A DNA stretch of 64,000 nucleotides from Priapulus caudatus (Eukaryota): assembly GCF_000485595.1 (NCBI RefSeq), contig NW_014577069.1, positions 253,124-317,123 of the forward strand, read 5' to 3'. A program made the translations under genes and the position numbers. The notes under the pieces were generated by a model that was given only the letters and a program-made list of their open reading frames with translations, was not told where the DNA came from and ran no database searches. Positions 24,319-37,011 of this stretch are shown piece after piece; position 1 is the first letter of the stretch, and each line of letters begins with the position of its first letter.

Positions 24319-25774
24319 TGTGTTTGTAAAGTGAGAACCTTTTTATTGTGTGTGATAGTGCGTCAACGATTGGCTTCTTTCCCTTTTTTTGCCAGCTTTC
24401 ATTTTATTCAAGTGCATTTGAGAGCATAATAATGATCATGCACAACTTGAGAAAAATGTGTCTTGATAAATTTAGTACCGTTTCTTTTTTAACACGTTTT
24501 CTTTCTTATATTAAATAATTTTTATGCAGAAATCATCAAGAGAAAGTATGTTTATGAAAGTTTAGGAGATATCACTCACGTTAGACACTGATTTAAGGAT
24601 TAAGCTGGGAACACGAGCTATATTCACGCAAAGAGGACACTGAGTAACTGAGCATCGGTTTTAATAATGTAATTTTCATTGCAAATTGATGATATATATA
24701 CACGCATATATGATATGACTGGACCAACAATAATAACGGACCAATATATTTTGTGATCAGCCTCAAACTGGTTCTCGTTTCATTTTACATTCCTAGCTTA
24801 TGGACAAGTAATCTTGGATATTAGGAGTCACAAAAACGGCATTCCAGTGTTAGAAAGCAATAGCTAGCCTAGTACATGCAATGAATGCATGGAATGTTTA
24901 TCTGAGGAGGCTAACCATGGATGTAGGATTTAATCTAAACCTACATGGATGTAGGTTTAGATCAAATCCTACTCCAGATCCATATGCTAATTTGATCTGG
25001 ATCAAATGCCTCGGGAGTTGTTGAGAGCTGGTTTATATTTAAATTATTTGGCGACCTAGCTCCCCCATTTTTTTTTAAATTTTATCCTACGAATACGAGG
25101 CATAACAGCCTCGTGGGCTATGACTATAACCTTGCAACCGAAATAGACAATTCTCGGCTTTGGTGACCGAGTTACTGAAATCTTCCTTACACGAACAGAG
25201 TCCAGCAAGGTTATATGGTTAGGGTTTTTCAATTTGGGTCTTTGCCAGGGCAAGCTTTGTGATGAGTGGCTCATCTCCGCTATTTCAGGACACACGATGC
25301 TACTTTAAAAATATAACAACTGACATCATTGAATGTGCTTATGATAATTCAGTGTTGTGCGTAGACTCATTATGCGCGTGATAAGTGCTGTTTCTTATAT
25401 TTCTTATATTTATTTAGCGTCAGTTACACTATCAATTAGAAGCAAGTTGTTACATAAATTCCAGCATTTAACTTGTTTAAAACAGTACATTATCGTGTGT
25501 GCGGCCGTGCGCGTGTCTGCGCACGTGTGTGTGTGTGTGTGTATGTGTGCGTTCGTGCGTGTGTGTATGTGTGCGTGTGTGTGTATATATGTGTGCGTGT
25601 GTGCATGTGCACGGCCATGCGTGCGAACCTGCATGTGCATCTATAACCAGGTATGAGGAGCGGGTGCATGGCTGGGCGTAACTACATTTTCCTCTCTTTT
25701 TTTACAAGCGCCATGTACGTTCGCTAATAATTCTCTCAGTCCCTCTATCGCGCCGCCCCGGTGACCGGCGCTGG

Positions 25775-26017
25775 TCAAGGTTCCCTGCCCTTGTTGCCTT
25801 CTCCTCTTCGTCTGCGAAGTGTGGCTTGCGTGACGGCGGTGGTGGCGTACGACGCGCCCGTAGTGGTGGCGACCTCATCAGAGTTGCCGCTGCCCCCCCC
25901 CCTCCCCGCCGACGTATTCGACGGTGAATCTACGGCGCATTTGTGATCAGGGTTCCGTGTCGGTATAATACGTTTTCGCTGTGATTGCTGCATGAATTGT
26001 TCGTGGTCAGTGCTGTG
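25775..26017 (-). CDS. Candidate terminal coding exon of an unidentified gene
   Basis: CTGAC branch-like site plus cttcccatcag| acceptor, then an 80-codon GC-rich frame (HSTDHEQFMQQSQRKR...NKGREP*); no recognisable homology. Confidence 0.22.
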   Translation of the reverse strand, partial: HSTDHEQFMQQSQRKRIIPTRNPDHKCAVDSPSNTSAGRGGGSGNSDEVATTTGASYATTAVTQATLRRRRGEGNKGREP

Positions 26018-29000
26018 CTGATGGGAAGCACGAGTAGTCAGGTAGGATCCATTTTCTCACGCTTTCGCGAGCGTCGGCAATTGACGACGATTTCGCTCGT
26101 CGACTTTATGAGCTGTTTCTATGCCGCGACTTCATGAAACGGATGCCGCGAGGTTTTAAATGTTTTAAAATTGCCGTACGGGCGCATCAAATCAAAATCC
26201 GCACATTGTTCTATAACTCGTACTTGCGTGCGTGCGTGTTCTATTTGTGAGGTGGGCGTGTGAGATTTAGCCGTGTGTGATATAATATAGTTCCTGGTGT
26301 GGTAGGCTTCTCCGGTGCAAATTGTTCAGATGTGTGAAAATATTTGTTGGTCGAGTGAATCTTGGTGTCGTCGGGTGAGGCTTGCCGTGAGCTAGTAAGG
26401 TGGCGGGGGCATGCACCTCGATAAAAAGTTGTGAGAATATGGACGAGAAACGAACGTCGCAATCTGGTGCATGTTTGGTTATTTTAAACCATTATGAAGC
26501 GGGGTTTCAACCTGAAATCGCTATCCCGCGGACGCGTGTTTTGGCCACTGGTAGCAGGGTCAATTCTCTCACCGCGCTCACGCTATATGTGCTGTTTTAA
26601 TTAATTAATAATAATATTTAACCCTGCTGCTAGAGATTTTGGCGGATAATTTTTATACAACGTTGTTTAATGTTTTACGTCTGTTTATACTTCTGAAATG
26701 TCTCCGAAATCTCTGTCTTGGCGTGAGAGCGTGAAATGACATGTAGATGCGCGAATCTCACGCTCAATGCGTGAGAATTGACAGTCTCTGCGGGGGTGCA
26801 TGTTTTATGATAATAAAAGTCTCTTATGCTACATTACCTAAACGATGGTTAAACAATATAACGTCTGCGTGCTTAGTTTGCGCGCTAATTCACGCTCGCA
26901 CGCTCACATTTACCCTAGTGTGCATCATTCCACGGTAGGGGTTCCATTTTCTGTTTCAACACGTCGCACTGTATCGTCTAGTAATGGAGTCAATTATATA
27001 TATACATGCAAAGAAGGTCAATTAAACAATGAAACAATTGAATAAGTGTAATATTTCATTGTGATACCTCTGAAATGCAAATCGAAACGTTGCGTAAAAT
27101 TGGAAGCTTACACTAAGGTTATATATGCATGCGCATGCAATAATGGGATTATTCTGTTATTTCCATCAGCACTGTGCTACTAGTATACATAATCTCAGAC
27201 CTGTATGTTAACGTTACTTCTGCTACGCTTGGCAGAACTCAAGTTACCAAAAACACTAGTATTTATTATTATATGTCATAGCAAACGGCAACTGGATAGA
27301 TGCGCAGTGTGTTAGCAGTGATCCTGTAAATTTTGGCTGTTGGATAGATGCGTCACTCCTACACAATATCTACGGGAACTCAGCCGGAGCGTTTCATGGC
27401 CATGCCCGAGCTGCGATGCGTTTGTCTGACACACAGACGGCGTTTTACTGCAATCATGATTGCTGTCAAATGATTGCCATGAACTTGTTCAGCCGGTACC
27501 TCCGTCACACAGCGTGCTATTAGCGTTCGAAAACAATTTCGGCCCTTTTACGGCCTTTTTCTGACTTTTTTCGGCTCGTTTTTTTAAAGTTCGTTCAATA
27601 TAACACTGATCGGCATGATTTGAATATATTGTGAACTTACCGCCAATTTAGTATGGGGGGCCTTTGATATGTGTACATTACCGCACAGCGGAATAGAAAA
27701 TCTAATTATTTCTGTCGTTGAATTTCCGACAATGAAGTTGCGTACGATTAATTGGTGCAATTTCGCCATTTTGGGAAAGAATTGTCGTCAATTTGCGCCA
27801 TTTCCTGTCACGACTAAAAGAGGGTGCACGTGAGCGGTGGTTTTTGGCTGGTGCATATCTATGTTATAGTCACGTTCATTGAAACGGCTGTGTATAAAAA
27901 ACGCCAGTAATAGAATAGCGCGCTTCATTTCTGGAAGTTATTACCAGGATTATGCAACCGGGCATTCATTGACGAATGACTAATTTTAAAGGAATCAGTG
28001 CGTGTGTGCTGCAATGTTGGACGTTTACTGCAGTGTACTTGTTGGCTATTATAGAAAGCTAGGCAATTAATGCCCGCTCTTGCAACCGTCACAATATCGG
28101 TACTGTTATCCATTACCTCAACTCTGTATATATATATATATATATAATGTTCACATCTATAACATATACAGTATATAAATGTATATGTGTCCTTTCAGAA
28201 TTAAATCGCATTTCTCTTTAAGAATCTCTCGTCAACGAAATAGTGGTCATTTTTTCGATACGGGGCATATGCGTACACAAATTTAACCGTGTGCTATATC
28301 ATATGGGGGGAAATTGCAAAAGTCTCCCTTATGATTACTGAAGTGTGGCGATGGAATAGAAATGCCTCATGCCAAATATTGTAATTGAGTTTGCGCTCTC
28401 TACATATCACAGTTTCCGCAAATGTAGATCTAATGTAGATTTAATTCTATACAACATGTGATGGTTCATTAGGGGGGAACACCAAGCAGTAAGTCTAATA
28501 ATACCATGTCTATAGAGAGCCCGAAACGGGCATTAGGCCTATCTATCGATATAAAGTTCATGGATCAGCTTAATCTTCTTTCACTCTTTCTTTCAGACTG
28601 TTTGATTCTCTTTGTGTTGTGGCATTCACAAGTGGTATGCACAAGTTTTCTCCATTCATGTCTGATGTCTACAACATTTTTCCATTGATCAAGGACATTA
28701 CTACATTTCAAAGCACTTTTGCAGGTAGGTATCCTAATTGTACACGACTGACAGTCTTATAATTGGACATTATACAATTAAGGACCCCGTAAACCAAGAG
28801 CACGTTTAATGGTGTGCATTGAATACAGGACACGAGAGTACTCTGCAGGGATGCAGGTCTCTGCAAACGAATTCAGGTACTTTTAACGATCGTTCCTCTA
28901 CCTGTAAAGGAGGCATGAACAGTAAACCTCCGCATTGTTCACCGCAAATTGCACTATTTGGTCTCTATGTGATCCGACTATACTTTGTAGAAATTCGCAT

Positions 29001-32000
29001 CATAGAGCTGCCAAAAGTTTCAAGCGGAGCGTAGAGCATGAATCTGTAGTTATTTAACATGAATAAATAGTATGTTGTGTATGCGACGAAACTGTGTGAG
29101 TATTTTTAATTAATTTCTGTTCGATGCTTATTCAGGCCTGCTGCCTATCGACGCCTGTTGTACAACACCTAAATGCGTCAAGTTGTCGTGGGAGCAATGC
29201 GTGCAGTATTGTGCTGCCCCCTCTCGGCACGTTATACTCGCATATGTCCATTATATGGGTTGCTTAGGTAGGTAATTTGCGTAGCTACAATTGATTGGTT
29301 TCATAGCAAAGGTGTATCCAGAATAGTAAGATGGTCTAGGAATTGATGACTATATTTTTAATGAATGCATGACTGTAAACACTGGGTATCTGATGCGCTA
29401 TGTTGAGATATATACGACGAGTATATAAATAACATAACCGGTCTCAGCTAGCTTAGCAGTATATGGATATGTTAGGCCTACAACATATTGTGTATGATAA
29501 TATTGATAACTCATTTTGTTCAAATAATGAGTAACAAGTAAACAGTTTCAACAATATTATAACTCGGTAATAAAATAAAACTAAACCTATAATTGTTATT
29601 ATTGTACCAGATAAACGTGCTCCCAAAAGACTAAAATCTCATCGCATCTACGCCGTGTATGACCTAATTGATAATATGAGGGAAAAATAGTGTCTGCATG
29701 AAAATTTATTGGCCGGGGTTAGCAATTAAAAGTCTCCGTGTGGCGTTTTCATGGCGCCCTCCAACAAACACTCTAGAGTACAACCATCAAAGAGTTAATT
29801 AATTGTCATTTATCTATCAACTTTATTATAAAATATTTATGTCCCGGGTCAAGATATTCGCCTCGTGTGTTTTAATTCATCAATTCATCAATTTTTTATG
29901 TTGGCCTTACTTCTTACCATTATCTTAACCATCTATCTCTGATTCCCCGATCTCGATAAACGTATAACGACGCAGGTATTGTACGAATTATGGTAAACCT
30001 GGCATATCTGATTCCCGGGATCTGATTCCGCACTTAAAAATTGGCACCCACCACGAGTCTGCACGCACCTGGTATAATAGGCACACATGATGGCAGCCAT
30101 GACAAGCATGCCTGATGTGTGGTTTTTGTAGTTATAACCGTTGTCATACACTAACTGGCAGTTTACCCGTGCTCACTATGAGGTGTACAGACTCATAGGA
30201 ATTGCGACATACGGAGAAGGATGTCAAGCGATAATTTCGCGTATTTTTACCAACCGTTTTCATATTTTCTCAATCGCTCTGATACTTACCGGTACTCGTT
30301 GCATAACACCAAATGTATATAGTAAAGCTAAAATTTTGTATAAGTCGCCGGACAAGCAGGTAATTAAATATCAGTGATTCGAGAACACCGAATAACTAGT
30401 GATGATGTTCGAGTGCTCACGTTGCTCCTAGGGAGCGCTAATTGTGAGAAACAGACACTCCTTATATAGAGACGCTGGCTTCCTGACGCAATTTCTATAG
30501 AACAGTTTTATTCACAGCACACGTCCCGACGTCAGTCACGCATGACGCACAACTTGGTGTGTAACGCAATTAAAACGCGTCGCGAAGAATAAATTATGTC
30601 AGAAATTTACAAGACACTTTCTTATGAAAATCTATCGTTCGTTCTGTCATCAATTGAAACTCTCGTAAAAGCTATTTGCAATAGTTATTCGGACAAGACA
30701 CGCGAACACAGCGCGATGCCGTGTTTCCGGTATACTAATACGCACACTCGAGTTCGTAAGGGTTTACCCCGATAAGTTTAATGGATGAAAATTAGTTTTT
30801 CATTTTCGTGCCACGTTCGCGGCATTAATTCTACAGCAACATCCTTCATACAGCTTCTAGCGTGTACAGCGTCTGTGTAACGATGCTGGTGATTATGGTA
30901 CGCTCGTAGATATCCGTGACGAGCGCGTGACTCCAGGTGAAAACCGGGACAGACGTATGTATGCTAGCTAGCTCTCACGATCGAGTTGTCTTCTACCTGC
31001 TCGGCTCCTATAGCGCTACTTGCCGTTTCGCGTTCGCCGACAATTGAACGAAGCATTCCGCAGCCATTCAGGCTTTTAGCAGTCAGACTGCAGAACTGTA
31101 TGCGGTTGTTTGCCGTGACGTTTATTCGCGCTTGTGACGTGATTGTGCTCGCTGTGTATTTGTGTGGTACACGCTGACCACGTTATTGTTGCATCGCGAC
31201 GACTGTGAGCCTGAGAGCGAGAGTTTCTGGCACACATACAGCGTGTTGAGTGTCGGTGCGAGTATACATACACACACGGGTAGCGACTGCCAAGCAGACA
31301 CGCACAGGTAACGAACAAACCAGTGTCGGATAGGTACTCAAACTCAATGGTAGCGAGTATCGGACAGGTACAAGTGTCGGGTAAGTATGCCCGGAGACCG
31401 AGTGTCAGGCAGGTACGGACAGGTAAAGAGATTCGGGCAGGTGCGCAGAAGTATAGAATGCTGTGCATGCTATGCACAGACAGTAGGTGTGCAAGTAGAC
31501 ACGCACGCAATTACACAAAACTAGAATGTCAGCGTGGTGAACACATCCGGTTGTAGCTGTGATATCGTGTTGGTGTGAAGGTGTACAAAATCGGACCGGT
31601 AAGCCCCGTGCAGAACACGGGGCAGATAAGATGACTGTAGGACGTGATGGGACGCTGTTTGAGGCCCGTCTGTAGGATAGAGTACTGGAAAGTGACAGAA
31701 GGTATCTGAAGCATAGCTGAAAACCTATTTGACCAATAAAGGGGAATTCAGCCTTCCGTAAGTCACAAGAATTGTCCAGGACGTGATTCTCTATGTATTG
31801 ACATGTTTGGGGGAAGCAATTTGAAATAATAGTCCCAAACATTTTTAATTTTACACCATTTGGTAGAAAGAGATAGATTGATTGGCTGTAACTATATGTT
31901 TGTTGTCTTGGCGTAGCTTCTGCGTGAATGACATAGACTACGTATAGTGTCTGCGTAATTATGTGTGTTTGGTAGGTTGGTGTGTGTGCATGTGCGCATG

Positions 32001-32708
32001 TGCATTATATATACATATATATATATATATGTGTGTTTGTGTATATATATATGAGACGGTAATACAGCATACACAAGGCAGGAATTCCACATGTGCATGC
32101 ATTTAATTTTATTATAATTTTGCTTTAGTTACAGGTAGATGCAAAGAAGATGCTTCAAGCTCAATAGAAGATGTACGTTGAACTCAATTGCATGGATCCC
32201 AACTGATGACACATGGCTTACATATTTTGGAGGGTATTCTACCATTGGCATTACAGTCAGGTATGAATTACTCAGAAATGGGCTGATGCTTTTGGCCATG
32301 AATTCTTCCAAAAAAATTAACTACACCTAACCGTACCATCACATGTACATACTGCGCGATGGCATTATAGGAAAGGTTTTATTTAGTGTTTTATAGAATC
32401 TAACCCAGTACGTAATTTGTTCGTTTGTACTAATGCGTGCTGTTGTTAACATGCACATGTCAGTCCGTGTTAGATGTCATCAGTAATGCGTGCATATTTT
32501 ATAATTATTGAATTCATGCATTCCAAAATTTGTCTTAAATACAAAGGTTATCGGTACTTTCCACGTCCTCAGCAGTTGTTTACATCAAGGGCAATTTCTT
32601 CTAACATTTGCTATGAAGCTAATCGGTGAAGTAGGCATCTCAAAATAACAACACACACACGCGCGCGCGCACACACACACACGCGCACACGCACACGCAC
32701 ACGTGCAC

Positions 32709-32781
<73 letters not shown>

Positions 32782-32895
32782 GCATAACATTTTGTAGAAA
32801 AAGTTACTCATCTAAAATCGAATAACTTGAATTTATCATGTACATAATGCTATTGTTATTAGATCTTGCTGATAATGCATGCTGAAGCATTATAT

Positions 32896-32933
32896 CAAGA
32901 GTACATAATAGAGATCTCTATTATGGACTCTTA
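32896..32933. mobile_element. 38-bp micro-palindromic element, same subfamily as 1000-1037
   Basis: CAAGAGTACATAATAGAGATCTCTATTATGGACTCTTA; TSD not evident. Confidence 0.6.
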
Positions 32934-32947
32934 CACGTGGCGTGTGT

Positions 32948-33032
<85 letters not shown>

Positions 33033-33064
33033 GTGTNNNNNNNNNNNNNNNNNNNNNNNNNAAT

Positions 33065-33416
33065 GTTTCTCTACTCTCTTTCACCTATTATTGCCGACAA
33101 TTTCCTGTAAATGCCGTCCAAATGCTCATCTGCAACACACGCTGGTTGCCGCACGCTAGCTGCTGCACACTGACACATAAATATATATATATATATGTAT
33201 TATATACATGTATGTATATATATGCATATGCATATGCACATGCATAATTATGCATGTATATATACATGTACATATATGTATGTATATATAAACTATATAT
33301 TTATGTGTCAGTGTGCAGCTGCTAGCGTGCGGCAACCAGCGTGTGTTGCAGATGAGCATTTGGACGACATTTACAGGAAATTGTCGGCAATAATAGGGGA
33401 AAGAGAGTAGAAAAAC
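33065..33416. repeat. Long inverted repeat (about 120-bp arms) around an AT-rich microsatellite
   Basis: Arms are reverse-complementary with about 4 mismatches; the left arm abuts the N-gap at 33037-33061. Confidence 0.92.
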
Positions 33417-34399
33417 TTATTGACTTTGGTAGTAAATAGATTTCGTATTTATTTAGCATCATATATTATTGAAACGCTTCATGTGCCTGTGGTGATTTTA
33501 GTCGCTGACTGCAGTTAGCTCGAATCATTTTTCGAATCATCTCTTCATGTTTTGAAATTCCGATTGAGCCGTTGTCTGTCCGTGACCTATTCTCCCTTGG
33601 AATTTGCAGGAACTATGTAGCCGCATTCGATAACACTGCGGTGGTTCTCTGCTACTGCTCTCTACGAGGGTCGAGATGCAAACGGCCACACTCTATTCCT
33701 GTGTGCAGGAACGATGTTTATGCATAGTTGCCGTCGTGAGAAGTTAAACACGGTGCCGCGGCGCTTACTGTGTAGTCAGAAATGTTTCCTGATAGTTGAC
33801 CAGTAGTAAAAGTGAGGCATGCAGGATTTCAACTGGCTACACTGACAGCCCAATCGCTACTTGGACAGCCGAACTGCCTTCGAAAACGAAGTTTCCTGCC
33901 ATCACTGATTACAGCAGCTTCTTGGGATTAGTCTTCGCAGGCGTCCTCTACCGCACACGTGGAGCAATCGTTTAGTTGCATCCGCAGAGTGTTGTTGTAC
34001 GGTTGGTTAGCTGGTGGCGTGTAGCCGTTGCTGCTCTCTCCTTAGGAATTCTTTAGTGGCTTTTCTGTGGCGTCAGGGGGTGATACGGGATGTCCGCGCT
34101 AACTCTGATCAAATAGAGTATCTGCATTTCGTAGAACCCCAAAGAGAATCTGAAAGAGCTGGGAAGCCATAGAGTTAAAGGGGAAGAACATCGCAGTAAT
34201 GGCGGAAAGGTGGGCGCGCATCGCAAAGGTGAGTCTGACACTCTTGTCAATAATTAATCAATTATTGGTTTTCAGTAAACGTGGCGCCTCAGCGATTTTG
34301 CGTCTCATTACTGCATCAGTGACTGTATTACACGTTCATACGAGGAACAGCGTGATTGCAATGTAGTATTTCCATAGACAGATTTTTAATAATAATTAC

Positions 34400-34410
34400 G
34401 TTATTGTTGC

Positions 34411-34450
<40 letters not shown>

Positions 34451-34561
34451 ATCCTCGCCTTCGTCGCTGATGATGTTAATGGATGTTGTTGTTGTTGTTG
34501 CTGCTGCTGCTGCTGCTGTTGTTATTGTTATTGTTGTTGTTGTTGTTGCTGCTGCTGCTGC

Positions 34562-34607
<46 letters not shown>

Positions 34608-34608
34608 G
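34400..34608. repeat. (GTT)n/(GCT)n trinucleotide tract
   Basis: Directly visible. Confidence 0.95.
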
Positions 34609-36361
34609 AAGTCGTTTAAGTAAATACGTTGTTTAGATGACGTTTATCTGACTGTTGGCGAAAGGTCAGTGGATTCCTGAACCAGTTGTTAGCGTATCTG
34701 CCCGACATTGTCTGTGTAATTGGCCCATTAACATACCTTTCCCGTGTGTTAGCCGCCGAGGACAGTCGGCATTGGGGGAGCCGACAAGGTCGTTGGTATC
34801 CTGAACTAGATGCAAGTATAGTTGTTTCGGGGATTGGACGCTGATTAAGAGCATCTCGCGGTATGTCACGAGGAGGGCTAGCAGCTAGACTCGCTCATCC
34901 TTCCTGGTTTCGCACAAGTGAATAAGCTAGCTGCATGCTTGCGCTCTATATTTCTGGGTCCGTTTAATTACCCCCCTGATTGTGATCTAAACTAGATCTG
35001 TGTCACTTGTCAAGGATGTGTTCGAAGCGGTTGCTCTCTTGAATTATTATGTTCCAGCTGGGTCATAAATACTGCTGGGTGTAAAAATATTGTATTACTC
35101 TACCTTTTGATTTCCTTTTATTCCAACGTTTGTTGGTTTGTTGGTTGGGTGACACCATTAAGTTATCGATATTTATTATATGGAATGCTTCCCTGTAATG
35201 CACATCGAAGGAAGTATAATGGCCTCATATCTCAGCCAAGATCAGTGGAGGAATTGATGCATTTAAAATGCATATATGACGTAACGTGTTTCCAGTATCA
35301 ATAATCTACTAATTGACACCTTATTATTTATTTGTATTATTATTGTTTGTTTATCTAGCTAGCTTCATGTATCGCTGTATTTATGGCATATGGCAATATT
35401 CATTAAACGAATTAGCTGTGTATTGAACCACACTAGCAATGAGTAATTTCCAGGTTTCGTAGAATAAATGTGGTGTATAAACCACAGGATTTCGTTCTAC
35501 GTGCGTAGACAATGGTTGTAAGGTCGACGTCTTATTTGTTCTACGCGACTCGCGAATCGTCTTTTTGATCTTGTTACAAAACACTGTAGAAGCTTTTCGG
35601 ACACGGGTTGCCGAGGTCAATGCTATCGCATTACTTCTATTACTCGTCCCTCCTCGATTGTTGCACAACTACTTCAGCAATTAGATCATTGTCAGCTCCC
35701 GTGTGCTAACGGCTTAACCGAGAAAACGGCACCTATTGATGTCGCAACTGCTAAACCGACGAGCGAGCAGTTCTGTCAATGGTTATGTAAGGAAGTTATC
35801 TCGTTGCTCCCTGGGGAGCACGGTTTGCGCTGCTGCGCTGATGCGCTGTTGCACTGCTGCTGGTGCGTGCAGAGCAGAGCAGAGACAGAGAGAGAGAGAG
35901 AGAGAGAGGAGAGAGCCAAAAGGTGGGTGGGGGGAGAGCAAAGTCCTCTAAGCTGGTTGTAGGAACCATGCCTATCTAGTCACTCATCCCTCGTTCACAA
36001 TGCTAGCTGATTGGACAGCCGCGCACGGCAGCACGGTCACTTTGGACCTTTTCTATTTTTACGGCCGCAGCGATTAGTCCGCCGTGCTATTGTAACTCGC
36101 TCTGCGCACCTACAGGGGCCTGTCCAGCGTCTTTGTCCGTGAGACGGCAACTGAATAGTGGCGTTTGCCGCCACTTTGCCTGCTGGTGGTCAGTCCGGTA
36201 CAGCCCGCTGACTCCCGTCAGACGTAGTTTTAACGGGGTGAGCTGAACAACGTAGTGATTACCGCCCAGCTTCTCTCGCTGTTTGTCATATATGTCAGGG
36301 TAGCTAGCACACGCGCGCACACCGCAGCAGCGCGTCTACTGTTTGTTCGCTGCGTGGATAC

Positions 36362-36499
36362 ATGTCTAGGGTGCGCTTACTGAGCGATCCCCAGACTGGG
36401 ACGCGGCTAGATAGCTCCTTCAAGAAGGTGACGACGCTGAGGCGAAGAAGTCTATCTCTGTCCAGCATCAGGGAAGTGTTCAGCCTGAAGAATCAACAG
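36362..36499 (+). CDS. Candidate first coding exon of an unidentified gene
   Basis: ATG plus 46 open codons in total (MSRVRLLSDPQTGTRLDSSFKKVTTLRRRSLSLSSIREVFSLKNQQ) ending at CAG|GTTTGT; upstream CpG-rich region with a GA tract and an inverted CCAAT box (GATTGG near 36009). Confidence 0.3.
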
Positions 36500-36726
36500 G
36501 TTTGTGGAATTGACATCGAGAAACGCTGCTGGCGTTTGCTATCGGATTTAAGGTTTTGTTTAAGGTTTTGTTTAATGTGTTTAAGGTCAACGCATGTGTA
36601 CGCATATGTGGTGCCGATGCGACATGACGGGGTTGTTTCGATGCTCCAAACGTTTGCCGATTTGTTGCGATTACTGGCATGTCAGCTTGTATAAATATGA
36701 CCGTGCAGAGATGCGACCGCTCTCAA

Positions 36727-36951
36727 ACGATCATGTCAGATAAAACCACTCAAATACCAACATGACAAAGTAAAGCTGTTTGTAGCCAAACCATATATAT
36801 ATCAGAAATAGATAATAGGGATTTTCCCTATAGGGGAATTCCCTATATTCTATAGGGGAATTATCTATTTCTGATATATATATATGGTTTGGCTACAAAC
36901 AGCTTTACTGTGTCATGTTGGTATTTGAGTGGTTTTATCTGACATGATCGT
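36727..36951. repeat. Long inverted repeat centred on a micro-palindromic element (36803-36873)
   Basis: Outer arms of about 75 bp with one substitution and a small (AT)n length difference; core CAGAAATAGATAAT...ATTATCTATTTCTG; the right arm abuts the N-gap at 36952. Confidence 0.9.
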
Positions 36952-36963
36952 NNNNNNNNNNCG

Positions 36964-37011
<48 letters not shown>

